Source: Escherichia phage REP5. From it: a stretch of 64,000 nt of DNA. Positions 36,309-44,813 of the stretch are shown here, in pieces. Position 1 is the first letter of the stretch. Every line of letters starts with the position of its first letter. The DNA lies in sequence record OQ174504.1, one strand, 5' to 3'. A program made the position numbers and the translations under genes. Under the pieces are notes generated by a model. The model searched no databases. It saw only the letters and a list, made by a program, of their open reading frames with translations, and had not been told where the DNA came from.

Positions 36309-37920
36309 AGTAAAATTTACGAAATTTATATTTTTTATAAAATTTTATCGGTTGTCCCAACCTCTGGGTCACCATCATATGTGAATAAAAATATCTATCC
36401 TTCTTAACAACCTTCTTAATCTTACTCTCTATATATAGTTATATAGTACTATATAGTATCTTAGTATCTATCTAGTGGTCTTAATAGCCCTCTGTATAAG
36501 CCTTCTAACAAGCCCTCTAACAATCCTTCTAAACACTCTTCTAACAAGCCTTCTTAACAACCTATACAATCACCTTAACCATCTCTCTATACCCTCTTAG
36601 AAGCTCCTATACACCTCTTAATCTCTAGGTTACCTGTGTTACTTAACAGTAACCCATTATGTCAGCTATGTTACCCTCTATAGGTGTTCACTAGGTATTA
36701 CTAAGCCTCTATATAGACTGTTTTAACAAACTTAACAGGAATATCTTTACAGACCTTATCTCACAAGGTCTAACACGGTACTAACAAGGTATCTTATAAG
36801 CCTGTTTATGCCTGTATTTTTAAAAGACTGTCTAGGTAATTATTCAGAATTTTAAAATTTTTATAAAATAGGACTATCAAGTCATTTTTTAGGGTCTTTG
36901 AAGGAACTCAAAAATATCTGTAGAAGATGTATATCTGCTTGGTAGCCCTTAACAGCTCCCTTACAAGTACTTTGCAAAATTTTAAAATATCCTTAACAAT
37001 CTCTTAACAACTCTCTCAAGCTTTTAACATCTCTTTAGAGGTCTTAACAGATTCTTAACAGAACTAACAAGGCTGTAACAAGTTCTTAACAGTCAATACA
37101 TGGTCTTTACAGAGTCTTAACAGATGACTAACAAGAGCTAACAAGTTAATTTTTAAGAGTTATTTTGTTAAGATAATTAACAAGTTCCTAACAAGTGTTT
37201 AATCTTTTTAACAAGCTATTAACATGGTCACTATCTCTGGTCTTATCGTTCCCTTTCTTTCTTAGTGATTCTCTAAACATACCTCTTAAAAGCCCTCTAT
37301 AGCTCTTTGTAAGCTCTTTTAAGCCTCTTCCTAGTAATTACACCCCAACTATACAGACACCTATTTATAAGGCTTTACAGGAGCTTTAAAGGCTATGTCA
37401 AAGACTCTTACAAGGCTTTTACATGATTTTAACAGAGATTTAACAAGGGGCTAACAAGTCTCTAACAAGTGCCTTAAAAGCATAACTATGTAGGGATTGT
37501 TAAGAAATTGTTAAGAAAATGTTAAGGGGGCTAGCATTTACGTAACTTTTAAGCTACTTCAAAGTAACTTTATAGCCCCTATAACATACTTTTAAGACAC
37601 TATCAAGCCCTTTTTAATAGTTCACAAGATAGCTAACGAGATGATAAAGCTTACACCCTTATAAGGTTCTTTTAAGGCTCTAGAAAGCTCTATAAAGGGC
37701 TTTTTAAAGGGAGTTAATGCAATCCCTTAAGTTGGGTTGATAAGGCTGTTATAGGGCTTTATAGAGCGTTTAAATGGTTGCCCTTCCCTTTCGGGTTATG
37801 GGCTTATATTTAAGTTGATTTGATAAAAGGCTATAGGGTAGACTATAGAGTTATTGCTTTTTAAGGTCTGATAAGATTCTGGAAAGGAAAGGGAAAGGGT
37901 TGTATAAGGGATTTGATAAG
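36300..37920. repeat. 1.6-kb ORF-free repeat-dense region (TTAACAR / CTAACAAG family plus AT-rich TATA runs)
   Basis: No ORF of 60 aa or more on either strand; roughly 18 TTAACA and 9 CTAACAAG copies counted by eye between 36400 and 37460; CTATAGGG/TTTTAAGG/GGAAAGGG-type repeats 37500-37900. Confidence 0.7.
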
Positions 37921-37921
37921 A

Positions 37922-37946
37922 CGTAAAAAAGCCCCTATGAGGGGCT
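37922..37946 (-). terminator. rho-independent terminator ending the small-gene cluster
   Basis: Minus-strand hairpin AGCCCCTCATAGGGGCT followed by TTTTTT. Confidence 0.6.
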
Positions 37947-37964
37947 GTATAAAGGTATCTGGGG

Positions 37965-38234
37965 CTATTTAGCCCCGTTGCGTCGATTAGTTAGTGCCTT
38001 CTTTGTCGTAGTACAGGGAGACAATTTTTCTCCCCAATAGTGATAAGTATAACCATCCTTGAGAACTTCTTGTTTTGTTTCCTCCCAGAACTTTTCTGAA
38101 GGATTATAGCCTTTGATAGTCTGACTGATAAGACCTTTCACCATTTCAAAGGCGTTATCAGTTCCTACAATGTCAAATTTAACATCCAGAGAGGAAAAAC
38201 CGAACTCGTTAGCAGTAGCGCGGATAGTTGCCAT
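37965..38234 (-). CDS. hypothetical small protein
   Basis: 89-aa ORF with cassette-type RBS. Confidence 0.45.
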   Translation of the reverse strand: MATIRATANEFGFSSLDVKFDIVGTDNAFEMVKGLISQTIKGYNPSEKFWEETKQEVLKDGYTYHYWGEKLSPCTTTKKALTNRRNGAK

Positions 38235-38300
38235 TTTTGAATCTCCTAGTTTAAGGGTTTTACTTAGTGGGGAAGGTCATTCCCTCCCCGTTGATTGACA
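38235..38300 (-). promoter_or_regulatory. repeated upstream cassette, copy 1 (class A hairpin)
   Basis: CTTAAACTAGGAGATTCAAAA-ATG core; hairpin GGGGAGGGAATGACCTTCCCC; upstream TTGACG-17-TAAATT. Confidence 0.5.
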
Positions 38301-38302
38301 AT

Positions 38303-38833
38303 TTACAGATTTTTGATTGTCTCGTCAATATCTTTTTCAATATCTTTTAAAGTTTTTTCTAAGTTCTTGATATTGAAAGATAAGCCTTCTCCCAGTGTCT
38401 TAGAGTAACCACTAGGACGTGAGTTATATAATTCGATTTCTTCCACTTCGAAGAGACTAACCAACTCACCGCTTACACTGTAAGCCATAGAAACAGTATT
38501 TACAGGGGCTTTATAGAACTTGTTTAAGGTCTTGATAGAACGCTCATAAGCCATTTTATAACCATTTAAAAGGTTTTTAACATGATTACGAACGTTTTTA
38601 CACTCATCTAAGTAAAGCCCTAAAAACATCGGGAGAAGTTCCGCGACAGCTTGCATAAAGTGAGAGACTACAACAGTAGAAACATTACGACGATGAACGT
38701 AATAAGCCCCGTTTTCTGATTTGGTGATGGTTGCAAAGTGTACACCATTGCAGAGAAATTCGTATGTGTCTTTTACAGGTTTAGACATTACAGCATTTGA
38801 ACGAATGAAGTTGATAGCTTTGAACTTGTTCAT
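38303..38833 (-). CDS. hypothetical protein
   Basis: 176-aa ORF with cassette-type RBS. Confidence 0.45.
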   Translation of the reverse strand: MNKFKAINFIRSNAVMSKPVKDTYEFLCNGVHFATITKSENGAYYVHRRNVSTVVVSHFMQAVAELLPMFLGLYLDECKNVRNHVKNLLNGYKMAYERSIKTLNKFYKAPVNTVSMAYSVSGELVSLFEVEEIELYNSRPSGYSKTLGEGLSFNIKNLEKTLKDIEKDIDETIKNL

Positions 38834-38930
38834 TTTTGAATCTCCTAGTTTAAGGATTTTATTCAGTGGGGAAGGTCATTCCCTCCCCGTTGATTAGTAA
38901 TTTACTTGTTTTGATATCTGATTGCAAGCA
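38834..38930 (-). promoter_or_regulatory. repeated upstream cassette, copy 2 (class A)
   Basis: Same RBS core and hairpin; TTGCAA-17-TAAATT upstream. Confidence 0.5.
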
Positions 38931-39057
38931 ATTTTTTAAGTTTATCTTTAAAGAAATCTTTTAAGTGAATCCCTTTAAGATAAACCCCCTCGAACAAAGT
39001 TACCAATGTCAAGAGGGATTGTCAACACTTTTTTAGAAGTTTTTTGTAAGTTCTTGA

Positions 39058-39399
39058 TTAGCTTATAAATATTTTTTCAGGTTTTACGTAGCTGATACGT
39101 TGATTTTTTAGCAGGTCATCCCAGATTAGCGCGGCAATATGAGAATAGCCGGATTCACGTAGAAGCTTCATTGCTTTACATCTCGTTTCAAAGCGGGTTG
39201 CATAGTGCTCACTATTTAAAACCGTTTTAATCCCTTCGTTGTCTGTATGGATAATCTGCATCACTTGGAAGGGGCTTGCTTCCTCGCCTTTATTCCATTG
39301 CTCAAAGTATTTTAGGCACTGCATAGGTGTCATCTTGTCGCTTACTTGGGTTGACCAAGATGAATCCGGTTTATTGGTAATTACAGTTACGTGAGCCAT
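39058..39399 (-). CDS. hypothetical protein
   Basis: ORF 39058..39444 re-started at the Met following the cassette RBS (MAHVTVI...). Confidence 0.4.
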   Translation of the reverse strand: MAHVTVITNKPDSSWSTQVSDKMTPMQCLKYFEQWNKGEEASPFQVMQIIHTDNEGIKTVLNSEHYATRFETRCKAMKLLRESGYSHIAALIWDDLLKNQRISYVKPEKIFIS

Positions 39400-39485
39400 T
39401 TTAGAATCTCCTAGTTTAAGGGTTTTATGTAGTGGGGGGGTCATTACCTCCAGTTGATTAGTAATTTACAGATTTTTATCCGGCT
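39400..39485 (-). promoter_or_regulatory. repeated upstream cassette, copy 3 (class A variant)
   Basis: CTTAAACTAGGAGATTCTAAA-ATG; hairpin GGAGGTAATGACCCCCCC. Confidence 0.45.
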
Positions 39486-39488
39486 TGT

Positions 39489-39722
39489 CTAGTCTTTTTC
39501 TATGATAATTTCATCTTGTCCGTCAACACTGTCAAAATAAACGCCGTCGCTGTCTTCTGTCTTAAAGTAACACTGAATGTCATCACTGGCGGGGTAGTCT
39601 TGTCTTGCTATCTGGCAAACCTGAATGGCATTTTCTTTACTCCCTGTAAACTCCCCAAGCTCTTCGAAATCACATGAATGGCCATTACAAATAGAAAGGA
39701 TGAGGTAAACGGTTGTAAGCAT
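39489..39722 (-). CDS. hypothetical small Cys-containing protein
   Basis: 77-aa ORF; different upstream hairpin (GCCCCTTGTAGGGGC). Confidence 0.4.
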   Translation of the reverse strand: MLTTVYLILSICNGHSCDFEELGEFTGSKENAIQVCQIARQDYPASDDIQCYFKTEDSDGVYFDSVDGQDEIIIEKD

Positions 39723-39788
39723 GATTAAAGCCCCCTAAAAGCCCCTACAAGGGGCTGAATAGTGTTTATAAGGTGATTGCATAGGTTT

Positions 39789-40331
39789 TTATAAAAAGCT
39801 CTTTAAATCCTCTTCTGCGATGTTTCCCGTTAGTGTGTCCATGATGTCACAAAAAACCTGAATGCTGTCCGACTGCTGAACACTTTTAGCAAGTAGTTCT
39901 AATGTCTCATCAAGATAATTCATATTTGGGTTATCCAATGAAGGGAGACAAAAAGGCGAAAACATCGCATTAAACTCAGTTACGTAAACCTTTTTAATCC
40001 AATTTAAATCGAAGTATTCCGTAAAACTTGCCACGTTCGCCATATTATCACAAGAATAATCATCATTTAACTCATCTTCTGGAATATCAAGTTCCAAGAT
40101 AACAATATTTTGGGTTTTCATCTGGAAAGCTGCGGTGATGGCGGCATTGCCCAGAGCTTGCTGGATACCTTCAGAGATTATCTCTTCCTCATCGTCGCCA
40201 TAGATTTTATTTTCTGGATAAACGTAAAAATTCCCATCCATATCCGAACAATTCCATGCACCTGATGGCTTATCACCGTTATTAATCAGGTTGCAGAAGT
40301 TTTCTTGAGTAGTACCGTGAAAGCATTTCAT
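39789..40331 (-). CDS. hypothetical acidic protein
   Basis: 180-aa ORF with cassette-type RBS. Confidence 0.45.
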   Translation of the reverse strand: MKCFHGTTQENFCNLINNGDKPSGAWNCSDMDGNFYVYPENKIYGDDEEEIISEGIQQALGNAAITAAFQMKTQNIVILELDIPEDELNDDYSCDNMANVASFTEYFDLNWIKKVYVTEFNAMFSPFCLPSLDNPNMNYLDETLELLAKSVQQSDSIQVFCDIMDTLTGNIAEEDLKSFL

Positions 40332-40418
40332 TTTTGAATCTCCTAGTTTAAGGATTTAGTGGTAAAGCTCTTTATCTGGGGTTTACTTTATCGAACTATA
40401 AACCCCTTGTAAAGTACT
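40332..40418 (-). promoter_or_regulatory. repeated upstream cassette, copy 4 (class B hairpin)
   Basis: RBS core plus hairpin GGGGTTTATAGTTCGATAAAGTAAACCCC and AAAGTACTTT palindrome. Confidence 0.5.
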
Positions 40419-40622
40419 TTATTTGTTATTTTTGACAACTTTTAAAACTGCACGGTAACCTAAGCAATACGAATCACCGAAGAGAGACCGACCCATGAAG
40501 GAGTCCTCTGTAATATCTTTCGCCGTGACGGTTTTTTCTACGCCGTGAAAGAGAACTACATCACCAACTTTAATATCTTTGATGTGCGTTGTTTCAATGG
40601 TTAAACCGTTAATAATAGCCAT
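40419..40622 (-). CDS. hypothetical small protein
   Basis: 67-aa ORF, starts MAII. Confidence 0.4.
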   Translation of the reverse strand: MAIINGLTIETTHIKDIKVGDVVLFHGVEKTVTAKDITEDSFMGRSLFGDSYCLGYRAVLKVVKNNK

Positions 40623-40715
40623 TTTTGAATCTCCTAGTTTAAGGGTTTTTATTTAGTGGGGAAGTCATTTCCTCCCCGTTGATGTGTAATTTAATCTATC
40701 TAAAAACCAGTGTCA
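40623..40715 (-). promoter_or_regulatory. repeated upstream cassette, copy 5 (class A)
   Basis: RBS core plus hairpin GGGGAGGAAATGACTTCCCC. Confidence 0.5.
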
Positions 40716-40724
40716 AGAAAATTT

Positions 40725-41129
40725 TTAAAGTTCTGCATAAATTGCATCGCAGATATTACGGAAATCGTGATTTGGCAAATTACGCTGCAACCAAGTGGCG
40801 AAAAAGTCAGCGATTGCATAATTAGCATCATACTCAACGGATAGCCATACTTTCACGGCGAATCTAAACATTTTTAAATCAAGCTCTTTATTCATTACCT
40901 TAGATTTGCCCAACATGTCGGCCATTTCGTATTGTGCACCGTCTAGCGTGATACCTGCTGCAACGTCAGCCAGTGAGTTTTTTACGCTTTCAACGTCTAA
41001 GATAACACTTTGAATCTTCCCAATAATGTTGTGCAATGTTTCATCTGGTGCTGATGACGTAATAACATTAATCCGGTTAACGGTCAAACGTGCTTTTAAG
41101 ATTGATAATTCACGGTTATTAATAGCCAT
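40725..41129 (-). CDS. hypothetical protein
   Basis: 134-aa ORF, starts MAIN. Confidence 0.45.
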   Translation of the reverse strand: MAINNRELSILKARLTVNRINVITSSAPDETLHNIIGKIQSVILDVESVKNSLADVAAGITLDGAQYEMADMLGKSKVMNKELDLKMFRFAVKVWLSVEYDANYAIADFFATWLQRNLPNHDFRNICDAIYAEL

Positions 41130-41214
41130 TTTTGAATCTCCAATTTAGGATTTAGTGGTAAAGCTCTTTATCTGTGGATTAAGGTAACAACTTTTAAACC
41201 CCTTGTAAAGTACT
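41130..41214 (-). promoter_or_regulatory. repeated upstream cassette, copy 6 (class B variant)
   Basis: CCTAAATTGGAGATTCAAAA-ATG plus AAAGAGCTTTACCACTAAATCC block. Confidence 0.45.
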
Positions 41215-41487
41215 TTACACTAAATGCAGCTTTTTACCTTTTACCATGATGTAACTTGATGCGCTATTGCTGTAAACATCCTGATAAATTCTGCGCAAAC
41301 GTCCTTCGTAGTATACTTTCCAACTAGTTGGAATCTTTTTACCGTATCCGGTAGCAGTTTTTTGGAATCCTGCAAGTTGCCAATCCAAAATATGCTGTTC
41401 AGCTTGTAAATCCTCGAAGTGCATTACACCGTTCACGTAGTGGCGTAGGGTTACGTTTAAGGTGCGACCGTTGTTAGTAGTATGCAT
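41215..41487 (-). CDS. hypothetical small protein
   Basis: 90-aa ORF. Confidence 0.4.
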   Translation of the reverse strand: MHTTNNGRTLNVTLRHYVNGVMHFEDLQAEQHILDWQLAGFQKTATGYGKKIPTSWKVYYEGRLRRIYQDVYSNSASSYIMVKGKKLHLV

Positions 41488-41573
41488 TTTGAATCTCCTA
41501 GTTTAAGAGCTTTATGTAGTGGGAGGTGATGACCTCCCGTTGATTAGTAATTTACTTGTTTTTAAAATCAAAA
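41488..41573 (-). promoter_or_regulatory. repeated upstream cassette, copy 7 (class A variant)
   Basis: RBS core plus perfect hairpin GGGAGGTCATCACCTCCC. Confidence 0.45.
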
Positions 41574-41906
41574 TCAAGAAAAATTTTTTCGTTTGTTCAG
41601 TTCTTGAACAATTACAGCGTAGTAGTCTTTTAAGTCACTGATATTTAAAGCATTTATCAGGGAATTATAATCATCGACTAACTGAAAATCCTCTTTGAAG
41701 ATGTCACTAATCTGGTAGGTTTTCGCTTTAAATCTGAAGCTCATTTCTAGCCGCTTTATTTGCTCATCACTGAGGCGCCCTAGAAAGCTTTCTACAAGGT
41801 TATTGCTAACCTGCTGTGTGATTGCCTTACTTGCCAGATTATAGGCTTTATATGCCTTATATAGTGCCAGAATGGCTATGATTGCGGTGATGCCAGTCAT
41901 TAGCAT
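41574..41906 (-). CDS. hypothetical membrane-anchored protein
   Basis: 110-aa ORF with hydrophobic N-terminus; overlaps upstream gene (no own cassette). Confidence 0.4.
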   Translation of the reverse strand: MLMTGITAIIAILALYKAYKAYNLASKAITQQVSNNLVESFLGRLSDEQIKRLEMSFRFKAKTYQISDIFKEDFQLVDDYNSLINALNISDLKDYYAVIVQELNKRKNFS

Positions 41907-42196
41907 GGTGTTACCTCTTTTTGTGAGATTTTGCCATTTACAGTTATCTCATAGGATTCTAATAAGTCACTTTTAGACTTTACTGGACTTTTAAAAGTAT
42001 TATCGTAAATATTGACTTGCAATACAGGTTTTTTATACTCCCTGCAACTATTCCATAAACAAATCACTACACGACGGCCTTTTATTTTGCCGTGTAACCA
42101 TTCCATAACATCATGATTATTTCTTGATGTTTCAATGAAATCAATTTTGTTGAGTAACTTGCTTAGATTTTCACGGACTTTATTTGATAATTTCAT
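41900..42196 (-). CDS. hypothetical small protein
   Basis: 98-aa ORF with cassette-type RBS. Confidence 0.4.
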   Translation of the reverse strand: MKLSNKVRENLSKLLNKIDFIETSRNNHDVMEWLHGKIKGRRVVICLWNSCREYKKPVLQVNIYDNTFKSPVKSKSDLLESYEITVNGKISQKEVTPC

Positions 42197-42284
42197 TTTA
42201 GAATCTCCAGTTTAGGATTTAGTGGTAAAGCTCTTTATCTGGGGCTTAAGATATCAGCTTTTAAGCCCCCTGTAAAGTACTTTA
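42197..42284 (-). promoter_or_regulatory. repeated upstream cassette, copy 8 (class B)
   Basis: RBS core plus hairpin GGGGCTTAAAAGCTGATATCTTAAGCCCC. Confidence 0.5.
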
Positions 42285-42542
42285 TCAGATTAAATTGCCA
42301 GTTAATGATAAGTGCATTTTATAGCCTTGCTTAGTGAATACGTTCACTTTACCGAGTGTTTCCACACCTTTAAAAAGGTTGTTTGAACTATGTTTTAAGA
42401 TTAAACGTTTATCAACCTTTACGCCCCATCTTACAGCAGATTTTTTCCCGTTGTCAATCACTTTCCCGCATAACTTTTTAGCCATAACGCGAGCGTCATC
42501 ACGAGTTTTTGCAGAAATTACAACGTTTTTGATAATAGCCAT
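42285..42542 (-). CDS. hypothetical small basic protein
   Basis: 85-aa ORF, starts MAII. Confidence 0.4.
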   Translation of the reverse strand: MAIIKNVVISAKTRDDARVMAKKLCGKVIDNGKKSAVRWGVKVDKRLILKHSSNNLFKGVETLGKVNVFTKQGYKMHLSLTGNLI

Positions 42543-42630
42543 TTTTGAATCTCCAATTTAGGATTTAGTGGTAAAGCTCTTTATCTGGGGCTTACTTTAT
42601 CGAACTATAAGCCCCTTGTAAAGTACTTTA
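42543..42630 (-). promoter_or_regulatory. repeated upstream cassette, copy 9 (class B)
   Basis: Near-identical to copy 4 (hairpin GGGGCTTATAGTTCGATAAAGTAAGCCCC). Confidence 0.5.
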
Positions 42631-43011
42631 TTAGTTAATTTTGAAAATTGTCACATAACCATCACTGCCGATTATTTGAGACACTCCAGCTTTTTCCACT
42701 TGATAGCCCATATTTTCAAGATGATAAACAGCATCATCGTAACCATATGCGCCGCCCTGATAACGTCTCTTATTGCATTTTATCAGGTTTTTACCACGTC
42801 CAGCAAGCGCATTCAGTACGGCTTTTTCACTTGAAAGAGTACCGTCTAACATGGTTGCCGTGTAATGGTTAATCCTGTTACCATTTACGTCATATTTAAA
42901 ATTGAATGCGTGAACAACAATCAATTTGCCGTTAAATTTTTCATCAAGTGACTTCTCCAGTGCGTTGCGGAAGTTGTCTTTGTTGATGAATTTCGGTGCA
43001 CGATAAGCCAT
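42631..43011 (-). CDS. hypothetical protein
   Basis: 126-aa ORF. Confidence 0.45.
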   Translation of the reverse strand: MAYRAPKFINKDNFRNALEKSLDEKFNGKLIVVHAFNFKYDVNGNRINHYTATMLDGTLSSEKAVLNALAGRGKNLIKCNKRRYQGGAYGYDDAVYHLENMGYQVEKAGVSQIIGSDGYVTIFKIN

Positions 43012-43100
43012 TTTTGAATCTCCTAGTTTAAGGTTAGTTAATAAAGCTCTTTATCTGGGGCTTAAGATACCAACTTTTAAGCCCCCTGTAAAGTACTTTA
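43012..43100 (-). promoter_or_regulatory. repeated upstream cassette, copy 10 (class B)
   Basis: RBS core plus hairpin GGGGCTTAAAAGTTGGTATCTTAAGCCCC. Confidence 0.5.
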
Positions 43101-43307
43101 TTAGATTTCGTAGTAGTAAACTGCTGTCTGTCTTATGTGCTTTCTTGTGATTCTCGTAAGGTAGCAATTAGAATTTATAGCCGTTTCTACATGGTTGCAA
43201 TAGTCAGTTTCTGATATCCTAGTCCATACGTCACAAATTTTCATGTAGAAACGTTTTACATCTGTATCAACGTTGGTTGTAACCATCAATTCACGGCAGT
43301 AAGTCAT
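43101..43307 (-). CDS. hypothetical small Cys-rich protein
   Basis: 68-aa ORF, first gene of the cluster. Confidence 0.4.
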   Translation of the reverse strand: MTYCRELMVTTNVDTDVKRFYMKICDVWTRISETDYCNHVETAINSNCYLTRITRKHIRQTAVYYYEI

Positions 43308-43348
43308 TTTTCAGTTCTCCAGTTTAGGAAGTGGGCTTGTCGCCCCGT

Positions 43349-43377
43349 CTGATGCAGATACTATAAAAACCCGTTCA
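43349..43377 (-). promoter_or_regulatory. sigma70-like promoter for the small-gene cluster
   Basis: Minus-strand TTGACT, 17-nt spacer, TAGTAT, with AT-rich upstream tract; ~40 nt upstream of first gene. Confidence 0.35.
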
Positions 43378-43565
43378 AGGAGTCAATAAAAATTTTAAAA
43401 ATATTTTTGGCAAAAATGTAATGAAACGGGCGCACGCGACTACCACAAAACAGAACTACAATCAAGAATTATTTTTCAATCCGCTACAAATTTTTATGTT
43501 GACTTTTCTTTTCAGATGTGGTAGCCTCGTGAGAAATGGCGACATCCCCACCTACACCCACCTAC

Positions 43566-43742
43566 CTGCACAATTCTAAAATGATTTTTCTTGCCCGACC
43601 TGATTTTTATCTGCACGTTTTGAAAATGAAAAAGCTCTTTGGAGATTACCTGCACAGTTTGAAAATGAATTTTCTCTTTGGAGTTCAAAATTCTCTCTAC
43701 AGATTTCTCTATAGAAATCTACCTGCACAATCCTGAAATGAA
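43566..43742. repeat. four ~20-bp direct repeats CTGCAC(A/G)NTTNTGAAAATGA(A/T)
   Basis: Copies at 43566, 43611, 43650, 43723; CTCTTTGGAG also recurs twice between them. Confidence 0.6.
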
Positions 43743-43814
43743 AAAGCCCTCCTTACCTGAAAAATTTACCAGATAAGAAAGGCTTAACCTATTGTGAATA
43801 TCCTACAGAGTTTC

Positions 43815-44600
43815 TTAGTTATTTGCGTCTAAGAAGGTAACTTCTGGTGAAGAGAAGATTGCCCCAATATCCTCATCAGTTCTTGCATAGATGTAGGCAT
43901 CTGCATCACTGCCAAATGTTACTGCAATCCTGTGATTGCTCTTCGACAGGTGGGTAACTAGAGCGTTACTTAGAGACATCTTTTCAACCGGAGGGTTACT
44001 TTGATGTACCTTACCTTTTCTTCGTCTGAAGAGGGTAACTGCATTATCTGAGAACACTGCTACGCCTGCAAAGTATTCTGGTTCACAGTAGTTCTTCCAA
44101 CCTGAGTGTAACTCATTATACATTTTTGCTTCATAGACATACAGATAAACATCTACACTCTTCATTGCCTGATTAATGATAACTGTGACAGCTTGAGGGT
44201 CAAGTCCACCGATACCTGCGCCAATCATAGGTAACCCAACTTTCTTCAACTGATTAACTTCACAGTATCTGTTAAGTTGCTTCAAAGATGACTCTAAAGC
44301 ACTGTAACGGGCATCTTTACCAGTCTTAAGCTGAGTGTAAAGATTAGCTATACGACCTTGTTTTAAACGCGCTACAGAGAAATTACCTAGTAAATTTTCA
44401 CAGGGTTTGTGGCCTATACCACCTGCATACAGATAAACTTCTGTATCGGTCTCATATGCTTTTGGGTAAAGTTTAGAAATCTTAGCAGCGATACCTGCAC
44501 CCATTAAGTTCATACAGTTGCAACCGTGACCAATGATATCAAACTTACCCTTATCAAATGCGGAGAAGATATCCCCATTGATGATTTTTACAATACCCAT
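43815..44600 (-). CDS. macro-domain (ADP-ribose-binding/processing) protein
   Basis: 261-aa ORF; N-terminal IVKIINGDIFSAF..DIIGHGCNCMNLMGAGIAAKI resembles macro-domain P-loop region. Confidence 0.5.
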   Translation of the reverse strand: MGIVKIINGDIFSAFDKGKFDIIGHGCNCMNLMGAGIAAKISKLYPKAYETDTEVYLYAGGIGHKPCENLLGNFSVARLKQGRIANLYTQLKTGKDARYSALESSLKQLNRYCEVNQLKKVGLPMIGAGIGGLDPQAVTVIINQAMKSVDVYLYVYEAKMYNELHSGWKNYCEPEYFAGVAVFSDNAVTLFRRRKGKVHQSNPPVEKMSLSNALVTHLSKSNHRIAVTFGSDADAYIYARTDEDIGAIFSSPEVTFLDANN

Positions 44601-44801
44601 TTAGCATCTCTCCCAAGATTCTTTATCTTCTGAAGGTTTTACACGTTGCCCTTCGTGGTCTACCCAGATACATCCACAACCTTCACAAATTACTGGCATT
44701 GCATAGCCAGCTTTAAAGTCATCTTCAGTGATAAGACCTTTTAAGTCACCTGTATCACGTCCGAACATTTCAATAGAACAGTCTTTGCAGAAGTCAGCCA
44801 T
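44601..44801 (-). CDS. zinc-ribbon-like small protein
   Basis: 66-aa ORF with CKDC ... CEGCGC cysteine pairs. Confidence 0.4.
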   Translation of the reverse strand: MADFCKDCSIEMFGRDTGDLKGLITEDDFKAGYAMPVICEGCGCIWVDHEGQRVKPSEDKESWERC

Positions 44802-44813
44802 ATAATATATACC

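Noticed and set aside
36300-37920. Hidden protein-coding gene or prophage attachment/integrase locus in the repeat region
   Set aside because: No ORF of 60 aa or more in any frame and no integrase or recombinase nearby; the repeat structure points to a non-coding function.
43566-43742. Possible mini-CRISPR array
   Set aside because: Only four repeats, each with several mismatches; variable spacing (39-73 bp); the spacers share sequence (CTCTTTGGAG); no cas genes nearby. Better explained as operator or iteron repeats.
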